Below, in pieces: positions 25,771-39,800 of a DNA stretch of 64,000 nt. Location: positions 6,944,001-7,008,000 of the forward strand of contig CM120640.1 in NCBI GenBank assembly GCA_051362555.1. Direction: 5' to 3'. The notes beneath the pieces were generated by a model that searched no databases, was not told the origin of the DNA, and worked only from the letters and a program-made list of their open reading frames with translations. The first letter of the stretch is position 1. The number at the start of each line of letters is the position of its first letter. Both the position numbers and the translations under genes were made by a program. Origin of the DNA: Lingula anatina (lineage: Eukaryota; Animalia; Brachiopoda).

Positions 25771-27485
25771 TTAAAAAAAGGACGAAATTGCAACCGCGCA
25801 GCTAATGAGAATCAAATCAGCAAAAGCAGTTTTCATGACAGTGCTCCATCCTCCAGAGGTCGAAGCGAATATTTTCTCCACTGCTGCATTATTTGGGTTG
25901 TCTCCTGCGCTCCACTGGAGTTTTATACATTTATCAGCGTTTCCTTCATAGAGGAATGTTGAGCCCCACATTTTCTCGCACAAACCTTTGCCATCCTTGT
26001 AAATCTGGAGAAAATATGAAATAATAAATATATTTAAAAATTTTGATGGCTTTCATAGGCCTATATCAAATCTACAGGTATGTCACGATTATTTGTGCGC
26101 AACAAACGTTTTTGCTATTGTTGTGATAAATATTTCTGCATGTAACTAGAAGCCATATCTTAATATACATTGGCATACCAGACATTTATAAAGAGTCACA
26201 GTAACCTCAACGGACGGACTGTCCTCTGACTGCAGTCAGAAAATGTTTGCGAACAAGTCACCGTGATCTCTGTTCACAACCATGTCATCGTGACCGGGCG
26301 CGGGTTAGGGACAAGGCCAAATCTACGTCTTGTCTCTTTGTATCTGTTGTGTGACTGTCAATAGTTGTGCTTGCGCCACGTTACGTTAAAAAATTACGCT
26401 TACTTTATAAATATGCTAATGCATGTAGTGTTTTGAATAGTCTAACAATAAAGTTACTTCTGCAGTTTTTATTAACCGCAGGGGAGTGTTGATGTTAAAT
26501 GATAAATCATATTATACTAGGACTTTTTCCCCCTGTTGCAAGAATATATATCGCAATTCGATGTTTTTGTTTCATTGGTGAAATATCTACCTCTGTAAAT
26601 GATTTGCAAGGCATTTTACAGTGGTTTTCTCCTGGTTTAGTGAAATTCCAGTCGGTTAGCCAGTTGGTTGCGCAGGTCAAGTCATCTTTGCAAGCTTCAA
26701 ACCATGCATCGCAGTCGGCGGCACACACAGGCACGTGCAAAGCTGCAGAGGGGTGGTCTGGGTTCTTCCAGTAGATGGCATTAGGGGAGCACCGGTAAAA
26801 ACATTCAACTGACAGCTTGTATTGCTCACAACTGAAAATGACAAGAAATAACTCTTCAGTTATATAATTATTATTGTTATGCAGGGCATTACTGGTGTGC
26901 AGTTGTCGGCTTTCTGGGATTCGATGACCCTACACACATCTTTAATTCACGTCATATGGATATTGGTTTAACACCTGTAATCACGTGTTTCGTGTTTTAA
27001 GCTAGACCTACATGTTAACTGCATGTTTGTCCTAAAAGCTGTAAATGGAATAATACTATATGAATATACCGGGCCTAGGATCAACATACATTAATTAGGT
27101 GGCCCGTGCAACGACTAAGGGTTGGGAAGTTTTACTCTACCAGAGTCCCTTTTCAGCTTTTAGTATTTCCAAATCGATTAAAGCCTCCCAGATAATTCTG
27201 TAAAAACTAAAAGAGAGTAGGAGCGACTTACCTGCGGCTTAAATTCCCACACCTATTCCAGTACGTGTCTTCCACCTTGACAATGGGTGAGGAAGAGAGT
27301 GTTTGCGTAAACGCCGCAGTACAGCACGAGTTATTCTTGTACTCATGGCATGCCCCGAACGTCCCCTCCTCGGGCCCAGGGGTCCTTTTATGATTATTTC
27401 CAGGTAAACATTCGTTTTTACGTTCGAACGCCGATTTCACAACAGTGCTGACAGACAGGATAAAACACAACTGTGTAAAATACAT
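25771..27485 (-). CDS. Riboflavin-binding-protein-like (folate receptor family), paralog A, probably GPI-anchored
   Basis: Exons 27485-27232, 26831-26591 and 26004-25771, same intron phases as paralog B. ECFYRCSPN, NWLTDW, GENHC, LCEKMWG; hydrophobic C-terminus LILISCAVAISSFF. Confidence 0.9.
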
Positions 27486-28760
27486 GATATCACCTCTCGT
27501 TGGCCACTAGTACTCATAAACACGTGCACGTACGGTACAGTTGACTACTTACAGATGTACCTACCACGCTTTGTTAACAACCCTTAACAAAAAGACGAAA
27601 GTTAAATCGAGGCTCAATGTGACCTTCTTTAATGTATTTTGAAATACTCCTACCGTATGGATGTAAAATCAATCAAATGAAATGAAAATGAGATGATAAA
27701 GCCATGCACAGCGACTTTTTTCAAACAGCTTACAGGAAATCATGTTATACTAGGACCCATAAGTCCTAGCATTTTTACTAGTTATTATCATCTTGGACCC
27801 CGAAATTCCATTAGGTGACTCACAGTTTGAAAGCTTCTAGCTGAAGATGACAATAAATTGTATGTGTATGTTTCACACACACAAAGTAAAATAACAGATT
27901 TGCGCACTTCAACTACATTGTTTAGATTTAATAAAAGGTGGAAATTGAGCTAAATCAACAAAGGTTGATTTACTGGGTAGGGAATAGGGCAAAAGGCGAC
28001 CCTCCCTTCATAAAGCACATTTATGGACTGTTACTAAACAAGACAAAAGACTGTTCAGATGCCCTTAACACTCTACTAAAACATCCCCTTAACAAGCCCT
28101 TTCCCTTCCCCACTTGTTAATATTCTGGATTGGCCAGTGAAATGTGTCACAACTCAAAAGTGACAGAAAAATTTGATAAATGACATAATATGAGGAGAGA
28201 CATAAATAGCAGAAAGCACATGTCAAATTCAAATAATTATATTATTGAACAAAACTTAACTGTCTGTTGTCTTAAGCACAAAAGCATCAACTATTAGAAA
28301 TTCATAAAATATATTTTTATTAATACTTTTTTTGTTAAACCTTTAATCTAAATTTTTGATAATTCTGATAGTAATAAATAAGTTCATAATTTAAATGTTG
28401 ACAAAAAAAAAAAATTGTGATCATACATTGAAATACTGTGATTGCTCATTTTGTTATCTCATGTCATGTCCCACAATATCAAATCCTGTCTGTGTAAATA
28501 GACATGTATGGTCCTTGAACTGTATACATATAATGAAATGCAAATGTTTTATCTGTTTCAGCCACCCTCAGTGGCCTATCCTTGGCTTATGGTAATTATA
28601 TAGCAAACAAATCCCCTTGCTGCTGTCTGTTACTCCTGATAAAATTTGTTTTGTCTGACTTCTGATATGTCAAACATTAAGTTGTTTTTGACTAATTTCT
28701 ATTCTCGGTTGAGTATATTATGCAGTCAAAATGTCTAACACAGTTCCCAATGAATTGTCT

Positions 28761-31700
28761 TTATTTCTTGCTAGATGAGGCAGCTGTTTTTGTATTAACA
28801 ACGTTGAATCGTTTGGGTTCAACATTTCCTGCTGCCACAGCAACCTCCTGCTCGATGCCTTTTTTTATTTCTTTTTCAAGACTCTGGAAAAAATGAAGGG
28901 CAAGTTGGTTAATCATTGATTAAAAAGTGAATCTTTATTTCAACCTACATGGTAACACCCACTTATTAATACATCAAAACTACTTCAACTACATTGTGGT
29001 AGTTGTACTACGTCTGAATCAAGAATCACAACCTTTCTCCTCCAACTTCAAGGCCACATGCATTCATTCACACATTAACATCCAATTGATTCTTTTTAAA
29101 GATTTATGAGATTTCTACTCATATTCACTACAGAGACAAAACTGTGCACTATCTGTCATAAATATATAAGTCATATATCTATCAACAGGTCACAAACCTT
29201 TTTTAGTTTTGCTGCCTGCACATGTCTTGCCTTTTTTGGTGCTATGCTCATACCTATGTTAAAGAAAAAAAAAATACATATCATAATTCATATTTATGAA
29301 CAATAATGGTTATACTTAACAAACAGTATGTGACACTTAAATAAAAACACATTCCAGCTTTTTTAAAAAAAAAAATAAAGGCAAAGATAGCACTGTTCAC
29401 TAGGTAACATTCAGATATCCTAGCTGCTCTGTACTCTGCAGCCCATTTCAAGCACCAGCAGCTTTCTTTTATAGTTCACAGATAATATGCACACCAGGTG
29501 TTCCATTATGTTCTTAACATAGACACATTCAAGTTAATAAATTCCCAGTGCAGTTCAAAGATAATAGATGGAACTAAATACAAAAAGAATCAATAAATTT
29601 TCAGCATGGACTTCTACTTCTAGAAAATTAACTTTTTTGTCCTTAATGCTGGATAATATATATTAATAACAAGCATCCCCACAATAGCTTCAGGATTTGG
29701 TTCCTGTCACTGAAGCATTTGGCATATATCAGTGTTGCAGATACCTGCGAGTTCAGTAAGGAACTGGGTGATACCTCAAGCTAAGCGTTAGCGAAACAAC
29801 TGCCAAGAAATGAACGAATGTCACAAAATAAGGTGACTATCACTGTATTTAGCATACCACGACAAAAGAGAAGAAATTATTTGACAAGGTAATTATCACC
29901 AAACCTCTTATAACTGTAAAAGTTAAAAATTCATGACAGAGAAAGAGAGAGAGAGAGGGGAGGATGTTTTTTTGTTTTTTTTTCGTGTGGTTCATGCATT
30001 GCGCAGTTATGTTCTATAGAATGCCATCCTTTTCATTATGATAATATTTCATAGCAAAGCTAAATATTTGCGTGATCTGCCTCATTTCAGAAAGACCAGA
30101 ATTACACAATATAATCGTTGATTAGGGAGGGGGTAGTGCATACTTTATATAAGCAGGTGCCTCATGAAACCACAATACACTTAACAGCTTCAAAGACATC
30201 TGATCGTATATTACAAACCAGAGGCCAAAGTGAGGAAAATGCTTGAGAAGACTTACTAATACCAATCTGTAAAGAAGGCAAGAAAATTCCACACAGTAAA
30301 ATGCATATTTGGTTAAAGGCAGGTGTTGAATCGGAATTATTTGTGTGAAATATTCCATGAGCATATATCCCTCTCCCCCTATGTCCAATGGGAAATTTCA
30401 AAATTCAATATTCTTTACCATTCAATGCAATGGAGTCTGAATGTTTTAGAGCATGAAAATTACAGTAATGGTTAAACAAAACAATCTTAGATAAAAAAGT
30501 TTTACCTTCTATGCCTTTAACTATAATGCATGACAGATAGCACAAAGTGGGTTAATTCATGGTTACTGTGCCCCAATGAGTTAACACAATGAACAGTCCA
30601 TCATAATACAAGGTCTAAAGCAGCTGGCAGCATATAACCTACATCTAACAAAGAAATGTACAAAAAATTTAATTTCCGCCAGGTGTGTTCTGCTTCATAA
30701 AACACAAGAAATGAAAGTATTATCATTTCAAATTGGAAAATATGCTTCATGCAATAAAATAATTAATCAAAGGTGCTCAGTGCATTATAGTCAGGTTGAC
30801 AACAGAATCTAAATCAATAATGGGATGCTCACATGAAATAAACACATTTGTCTGATATTGTGCACAATACATGTACCATTCTGCAAGATTCTGACTACAA
30901 AGGCACAACAAACCTCTTCTTTATTGTCAAAAGATTTCTCACTACCCTGCTATCAGAAAATATACGTATACATCTCATATTTCATCAACGCAGCTTAATG
31001 GCATTAATCTTTTATTTCCATACATAATTTGGAATCCATTTTGTGTCTGTCAGTGAGTGATGTGCATGTGAAGGACTTTGGAGCACAGGTTACTGAGCAG
31101 CCAGGCACTGTCTGCTTCCAGGATGTTGAATTAAAAAATACTCAACAGCGGGTTACAAGTTACGGCTTAATTGGCTGCCTTCTCCTGGGGCAGTATTGTC
31201 AGATTGTTTCTTATAGTTTGTTCAGGCAGCCTTTAAATGTTGCTGTCTGCAGCATATTGAAGTCTAAGAATACATCTACTGTCCATGTGTGTCTGATCAA
31301 TTGATCAAGGCAAGGTGCTTGCCAGCTTAACAAGTGAGATAATCCAGGAAAACTGGTTGCAGTTCTCCACCTGCTTCTGTATGTGGACATAAAAACACAG
31401 CATGGGACTGTTTTCACACTAAGATAAGAAGGATACTTTCATAGTTTTTTCTCATTGAGAGAGATAACTTTTATATAAAGTATTGGACAGCAGACAAAAC
31501 AGCGTAATATAAATAGGATAAATCCCAGACGGAGGTGCTTCTTTTTTAGTCTGAAAAGGGCACGAAAATAAGAATTCTGAGTAAATAAACCCTGGGAATA
31601 AATTTCTAATATGCGGCACAAGCATTAGCAGTGGTTTAGAAGTGGATAATACACTACTTTATTTGGAAACCAAGAGATTTATACTCAGCAAAGGTTCAAT

Positions 31701-34700
31701 TTACAGACACTGGGAAGGTCACAGAAGGCAAGTCAAAACAGCAGCTTCAGTTTAAAGAGCACGTACTCTTGAATAGGCCTTTTTTTTTCATTGCAAACCT
31801 AAACCAAGTAGGACGGAAAATGGCCTCCAAAGCATGTAGGTCTTTGGATCTGGAGTACAAGAACTTTAAGCATGATCTGCAGAAAGCATTAGATAGTGAC
31901 TGGGATTCGGCTGATGACCTAGATATTTACGATTGGTTGGACTTAGCTGATGAGAACCGAGATGAACACGGTGATTCAGAAGTATTCTTAAATGATGATG
32001 ACAATTCAAGGTGAGTGTTGGGCAATACACTTAACCAGCTGGGTATATAAGCCCATGACTCTAGGAGATAGTTCAAACTTTGGGCACAGAAGTAGAGATC
32101 ATACATCAAAATCATACTATTAATATTATTTACATGAAACTATATATCGATGTATTGAAATAATAACTATGGGAAAAAAGTTGTCCTTAAACCCACATTA
32201 CATACATGATGCAGACATTTTGAAAGGAATATAACATGCAGATAAATCAAATTACACAAAGGGAACAGTAAATGAAATGGTGTGATAAAACTATCAAAAT
32301 GTATAATTTTCAATTTTTTTTCTATCACTTCATGAAAATATATAGAAAACAATTGAAAAAACATTTTGATCACTGCATCTTATTTCATCATAAAAATCTT
32401 AATTCAAAGTTATTGATCATTAGTTCATTTGGATAAAAAATGCAACCTATTCTGTATGCCATTTAATCACTTTGACATTAACAATGACTGATGTTTAATT
32501 TTTGTATGTCTGCCACATATAAATGAGAAAATCGAGATCGAGCACGCATATCAATAAACGAGACTAAGTAACTGAGGAAAGAGATGCCAGCAAGAAAGTA
32601 AATGATGAATACAAAGAACCCATACAAAATTTATCATTTATTAGCAGGATAATTAAAATTCTCTATAAGAAAAAGAAAGTGTAATATTTCACTGAAGGTA
32701 AGTTGACCAATGGATTCCTTAAAAAATACACTTTGTTTTAAACAAATTAAGGCATTATTAAATCATGTTTATAAGAAATGGGGATTAATGATTAAATACT
32801 ATTCTATTACTGTTCAGCTTAAGTAACTCCACATTAGGTTGAACAATTTTTTTATCCAAAGCTTACATAGCCTTACATATTTCCTTTCTTTTTTTTCTGC
32901 ACACTTCCATCCTAATGAACAACCACTATTGCCAGGTACAATGTAGTTTGGCACTTCATTAAGTCTTCAGGAATCATTTTTAAGTAAGTTTTATGTAATA
33001 GTAGCCTTACATCAGCAATATACAATCATGTCTTCAAGTGTGAACTTTAAATGTGTGATCTTTATCTTTTGTATTAAAAAATTTTCAGCTTGTGAAATCA
33101 ACAATCTGGTTTCAGAAAATTACAATGAGAGAACACCCCATAATATGGATTTTTATTACTCCTTCTACACTTCTCAATACAGCCAAATTTCAATCTGATT
33201 CTTGCATTCAAATGTTAACACTAACTGCATTTTCATGATCATTTTTTAGATTCGATCGTTTCCAGAGAAAATCATTACCACATTCTCAGAGTCGGGCCTA
33301 CCCAACTACCAGACTCGGCACCGATTGATCCTGAATTCACCGGTAGATCACACCACACAACCCATTTTCAAGGTGTATGTCAGATCGCATTACACAATAT
33401 CAGACGCGACATCGCTTATGCCTAGTACGCGATGTGATAGTGACGATTCTCAGCAGGGTTGAAAAGCATTACATCACCACTCAAAATTTGTTCAGGGTAT
33501 GATACTGTGTAATGCGATCTGACACACACCTTGAAAATGGGTAGTGTGGTCTGATCTACCGGTGAATTCAGGATCAATCGGTGCCAAGTCTGGTAGTTGG
33601 GTAGGTCTGAGAGCTAGTACACATTAACAACAAAGTCTAACAATGACTATTAATAACGGGCCTATGTGTACTTAATTTATGATACAAAATTTGACCTTAA
33701 ATTATTGTAATAACTTCTCATACTGGAATATAAACAAAATTTTTTTATCACATAATAATTATAAATGTATAATAATAAAAGAAGAGATGGTCTAAATATA
33801 GAGCCACAAATAATAAATTAAAAAAAAAACTACAATCAATGCAATTTAGTGTATAAATTCCTCTGGTGAGATTAGGTCGCATGCCCTTATTTAAAAGTAA
33901 TAACTAACAGGATATGTCATATTTTACTAGCTCCCTTCTCCTCTCCCTTCAAGTAAATGGGACTGTTAGTGATACCGTGTTTTAACTTGCTATTGAATAG
34001 GTAGATCACAATCCGCTAGGGGCGCTACTGCGTAACTGTCCACGGGCAGTGAAGTGTTAAACTGAAGTCGGCCTGCTGACAGTTCGCCTATGGAACCCCT
34101 TTTTTAAATCTCTCTTTTAGCGCTGCGTAAAAAAACTAATACAAGCCATTAACTAAATAAGTTGTAAATCAAAGAGTAAAATCCGGTCACATGATTTTCC
34201 CATGTTGCAGTCTTTGACAAGTTTCGGTTCTGCTTGTTTTAAGTTTTGCCTCTACAAAATGCTAAAAAATTTCAGGTAAGTGCTGGTATCATCTTTTTGA
34301 AATTTATATCCAGCAAAGTTTATGAAATTTGCTATATTATGTAGAAAAATCATGAAATTTGAAGGTTGCGAAGTATAGTTAATTTAATCCGCAATATTAC
34401 ATGATGTGAAAATTACCACAGGGAAATAGCTCTGCCCTGATTAGTCACAGGCTATGTGAGCCAGACAATAGGCTGAGCACACAAAGACACACAGGGTGCT
34501 CTGCTGCGCCTGAGTGATCACTGCTGGTCAGTGGGCACAGGTTTTGAGCTGAGAAGTGTGGACACTTTTGGTGGATTTTTGCAGTTAAAAAACTTCAATA
34601 TCTTTGTTGCTTGTAGGAATATTTAAAAAATTCCAAATGATTTCATCCGGTTTTTGCATTACCTTTCAGATGGTATAAGTATTTTAATTTTCTGATCAGT

Positions 34701-34924
34701 TTGAAAATTTTTCTGATATACCTATATTGAACACGTGTTGAATGTTTAGATGGTTACTTATTCAAACGAAGCTTTCAGGTGGTGTTTACGGAACCCCATA
34801 TACTGTCGGTGTACAGATAATACTTACACCCCTTCTTCAGAACGCCAGATTTCTTGTGATGTTTTTGTTTTCCTCGTGTTCCTGCAGGCAACTGTACTTT
34901 CGTCTTCAGCTTGCCCTGCGCCAT
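28761..34924 (-). CDS. C19orf53: Leydig cell tumor 10 kDa protein homolog (L10K/UPF0390)
   Basis: Exons 34924-34828, 29253-29198 and 28883-28761 splice in frame to MAQGKLKTKVQLPAGTRGKQKHHKKSGVLKKGCMSIAPKKARHVQAAKLKKSLEKEIKKGIEQEVAVAAGNVEPKRFNVVNTKTAASSSKK*. MAQG, IAPKKAR and KLKK are family hallmarks. Confidence 0.9.
33293..33609. mobile_element. MITE with about 115-bp TIRs and 5-bp TSD, copy 1
   Basis: GGCCTACCCAACTACCAGACTC... / ...GTCTGGTAGTTGGGTAGGTCTG; flanks AGAGT / AGAGC. Confidence 0.85.
33997..34724. mobile_element. Possible decayed MITE
   Basis: Short imperfect inverted termini ATAGGTAGATCA / TGATATACCTAT only. Confidence 0.35.
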
Positions 34925-36841
34925 GTTGGAATAGTTCAATTAGTAGGTGTGTGGGTTTTCATACCTTCACTGCCCTTTCATCTTATCGAGATTATACAAA
35001 GTAGGCAGATATGTGTGAGTGAGCTCGAATAAGTTGTTTAAATAATTTTGAGTTTTTGAACCCTCAGAGGAGAGATATTAATACTGCTGATTTTGTGAAA
35101 ATATGCACGCCTCCCCCCTTTTCAAAAATATGTCAAGTAACCCAAAATAAATAGGTCAAGCGGTCGAGCATGCTGTAAGTGCACCAGGAAGGCGGAAGAT
35201 TTGACTGACAACAATTTGTCGCAGAGCAGCTACAAGTAAAGGGAAACCACAGGGTATAGAATTTTTTATTCCTTTCTATCACAAATCGTATTTTCCTTCA
35301 AGTGATCTGTACCTATAACCAGGCGATTTAGGTGAAACGAGCGGCGTTTTAAAAGTCGTCCACAATCACCCCGTGTTTCAGCGGTCACAGCTAGGTAACT
35401 TACCTTACTAATACTTGTATACGGTACTGTTTCCAGTTATTGGCAGTGGCTTTGTGAGTTTTCCTGAAATTGGACTGTGTTTGAGCACGTGGAAAAGGGC
35501 GGCCGAATTCTTTCAGGCGACTTGGGTATGTTTTAAAAACGTTATAATTAACCATGATAGTTCTTCCATGGTTGAACACTATTCTGCCAGCTAGGTTTCA
35601 TGTTATTGCATTTACATTGTAGTTGAGAAGGTTGTAATTATATGAACCGCCAGAAATATATAAGTGAATCAAAGTTTAGGTTAAACAATGTTTAGCCAGG
35701 CCAAGCTTGCCTAGGTAAATGACAGATAATTAGGTAATATGACAAGTAATTATGTTATGCATAGATTATATTTAGAAATGATATGGTTTATATATATATT
35801 ATGATATGGTTTATATATTCAACACTGTTATTGTTAAATTATAAAACCATTCAATCATGCTATTCAAGTCATTATTTTCAGTTTCACCACGCTGACATAA
35901 TGACTAATGACGTGATTTCGAGACACATTTATGTGTGTTTCTTGCTTATTTTTAAAAAAATCATTTATTTTCAACAACATAAGAAAATACAAACTTTTCA
36001 AATTAAATTCCCACATAATATTTTGGTATAGGCATCGGTCATAATCATTTTGACCATCGTGGCTTTTATTAATTGTGAATGTCAGTGAAACAATTGCAGG
36101 TGGTGTATTATCTGGTACTCTATGCATATTTATAGATTAAACTGATGTCAGTGTCTGGTGTCCAAAAAAATCCATAGCAGTATCTTTAACATAATCTATG
36201 TATTGACTTTGCTCCTAGCCCATTCTATGTAGGCAAACGAATCGATATATTTTCTGCTTGTGCAAGTACACCATAATACAGAGTGATATAGTCTGGATGG
36301 CATGCCTGTCAATGGGACAGGTTATTGCAAATAAACTGTAAGTATAGATACATGATATCAGTAAGGAGATATTATTGCCAGTTGTTAACAGAAATGATTA
36401 AGGAAAGAGCATGTTGAGGTGTTGTCAAATATTTTTCATGGTGTTGAGGTGCTTTTGTCGTTAGATACATGTTAGTCTGATGAAGCAGTGAGGCTGGAGA
36501 TTTATGTTGAATATTTGATATGTGTTTTGATATTTTATCCCACAGATACATGGGAATATTAAATATTATGTGTTGAATGAAAATAAAATAGTTTAACAAT
36601 TATAAAATCTTTTTTTCTGTATTTTCTTCAGTAAACATGTTAACCAATACTTTCAATAAGCTTAGGAGATTTATTTGTTTTACTGCATTTTGGTTATGGT
36701 TTTAAATTTATACTACCTTATATCAGGTTTTGAAAATGCTAACAGATATTAGGCAATAGCCCAATTGAATGGTGAAACTGAATAACTTTTGCATATTTTA
36801 CAACAAAAGTGTTTTAAGATAGGCTATGTCTTGTTTAGTTA

Positions 36842-39800
36842 TTGTACCACCAGCGTTAGCGCTGGCGGTACACATGGTTTCGGTCCCGTCCGGATCGTTC
36901 CGCCGGCTCCGCCGGCTCCGCCGGCTCCGTTGGCTCCGCCGGACGGCTACCGTTACCGCTTCTCCTCCTAGACGGTAAGGGCCCCCGTACCCATCTCATG
37001 GATTTAGGTCACCTATAATCTCAACTCGTTCCACGTAAAATTTGGGCTTTGTCGGTATTGGGGTCTGGGTGTGGCACTCATTGCAATGCACCCTTGTCTA
37101 AAAATGGCAAAATTAAATGCTAATTATCTACCCTACGGAAGGAGTTATGGGAAAAATTTCTATAGACGGCTTTCCAAAAGTCATATGTGTAGATTTCAAA
37201 TATACCCTTGGATTTGACCTTTGACCTCTACTTCAAGGTCAAATGGGCCAAAATTTTCAAAAAAATGAAATTTTTTACGAAAAAAATTTTTTTTGCCCTG
37301 TTATTCAGACACCACACAGACTTAACCAATAATATTATTGGAAAGTGTTACCCTTCAGGTCATCTTTCATCTCCATGAATTTGGGGTCAATCGGTGCATT
37401 TTCACGGGAGTAGCGGCCATAAGATACCGAAACTGAAAACTGTCTCTAATTCGGGAACCGTTAATGCTAGAGACCCATTCTTTTTTGCATTTTGTAGAGC
37501 ATGTAAAGCCCAACACTGGAGGTGGTCTCGGTTTTTTTGTATTCCATACGGTTTTCGAGTTACGCTGTATCAAAAAGTACATATTGGTGGTAAAAGCAAA
37601 ATGTGCAGTACGGTAATGGATAATAAATTTTGAACTCTGGAAAAATAAAACATAAGGCTTGGCAAAGCAGACAACTTGTGTTCAAAAATGACATTATTTC
37701 ATCAAATTTGAACTTCTGAAACTTCAGAGCACCTCCTATTTCAAGAATTTTGACCAAAATGACATTTTCTTTATTTTAATTAATTTTTTCTGTACGAAAT
37801 TTAAGGCACATTATGGTAACTCCAAAATTATAACATCTAGTCCCTTATATCTCCAAAACTGGCAGAGATAGGTCCATAGTAACTATTGAAGTTGAATAGG
37901 AAGTCATATACTGGCAATCTTACTATGACCTTGAAATTGACCTTTGACCTACTTTTCACCATGAACTGAACTTTGCAAATTTTTCTTCCCTTTTATCTCC
38001 AAAACTGGCAGAGATAGGTCCATAGTTACTATTGAACTTGAATAGGAAGTCATATACTGGCAATCTAAATGTGACCTTTAAATTGACCTTTGACCTACTT
38101 TACACCATGAACTGAATTTTGCAAATTTTGCTTTCCTTTTATCTCCAAAACTGGCAGAGATATGTCCGTAGTTACTATTGAACTTGAATAGGAAGTCATA
38201 TACTGGCAATCTATATGTGACATTAAAATTGACCTTTGACCTACTTTTCACCATGAACTGAATTTTGCAAATTTTGCTTTCCTTTTATCTCCAAAACTGG
38301 CTGAGATAGGTCCGTAGTTACTATTGAACTTGAATAGGAAGTCATATACTGGCAATCTAAATGTGACCTTAAAATTGACCTTTGACCTACTTTTCACCAT
38401 AAACTGAACTTTGCAAATTTTTCTTCCCTTTTATCTCCAAAACTGGCAGAGATAGGTCTGTAGTTACTATTGAAGTTGAATAGGAAGTCATATACTGGCA
38501 ATCTAAATGTGACCTTAAAATTGACCTTTGACCTACTTTACACCATGAACTGAATTTTGCAAATTTTGCTTTCCTTTTATCTCCAAAACTGGCTGAGATA
38601 GGTCCGTAGTTACTATTGAACTTGAATAGGAAGTCATATACTGGCAATCTAAATGTGACCTTAAAATTGACCTTTGACCTACTTTTCACCATAAACTGAA
38701 CTTTGCAAATTTTGCTTCCCTTTTATCTCCAAAACTGGCAGAGAAAGGTCCATAGTTACTATTGAACTTGAATAGGAAGTCATATACTGGCAATCTAAAT
38801 GTGACCTTGAAATTGACCTTTGACCTACTTTTCACCATGAACTGAACTTTGCAAACTTTTCTTCCCTTTTATCTCCAAAACTGGCAGAGATAGGTCCATA
38901 GTTACTATTGAACTTGAATAGAAAGTCATATACTGGCAATCTAAATGTGACCTTGAAATTGACCTTTGACCTACTTTTCACCATGAACTGAACTCTGCTA
39001 ATTTCTTTCTCTTTTAACTTCAAACTTGACAGAGATAGGTCCATAGTTATTCTTGAACTTGAATAGGAAGTCATATACTGGCAATCTAAATGTGACCTTA
39101 AAATTGACCTTTGACCTACTTTTCACCATAAACTGAACTTTGCAAATTTTTCTTCCCTTTTATCTCCAAAACTGGCAGAGATAGGTCTGTAGTTACTATT
39201 GAAGTTGAATAGGAAGTCATATACTGGCAATCTAAATGTGACCTTAAAATTGACCTTTGACCTACTTTACACCATGAACTGAATTTTGCAAATTTTGCTT
39301 TCCTTTTATCTCCAAAACTGGCTGAGATAGGTCCGTAGTTACTATTGAACTTGAATAGGAAGTCATATACTGGCAATCTAAATGTGACCTTAAAATTGAC
39401 CTTTGACCTACTTTTCACCATAAACTGAACTTTGCAAATTTTGCTTCCCTTTTATCTCCAAAACTGGCAGAGAAAGGTCCATAGTTACTATTGAACTTGA
39501 ATAGGAAGTCATATACTGGCAATCTAAATGTGACCTTGAAATTGACCTTTGACCTACTTTTCACCATGAACTGAACTTTGCAAACTTTTCTTCCCTTTTA
39601 TCTCCAAAACTGGCAGAGATAGGTCCATAGTTACTATTGAACTTGAATAGAAAGTCATATACTGGCAATCTAAATGTGACCTTGAAATTGACCTTTGACC
39701 TACTTTTCACCATGAACTGAATTTTGCAAATTTTGCTTCCCTTTTATCTCCAAAACTGGCTGAGATAGGTCCATAGTTACTATTGAAGTTGAATAGAAAG

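Noticed and set aside
22353-27485. Calling the paralogs FOLR1 or JUNO orthologs
   Set aside because: Motifs (ECFYRCSP, NWLTDW, GENHC) match riboflavin-binding protein better; orthology needs a phylogeny.
38387-39421. Identical 101-aa ORFs
   Set aside because: Translation of the 146-bp satellite.
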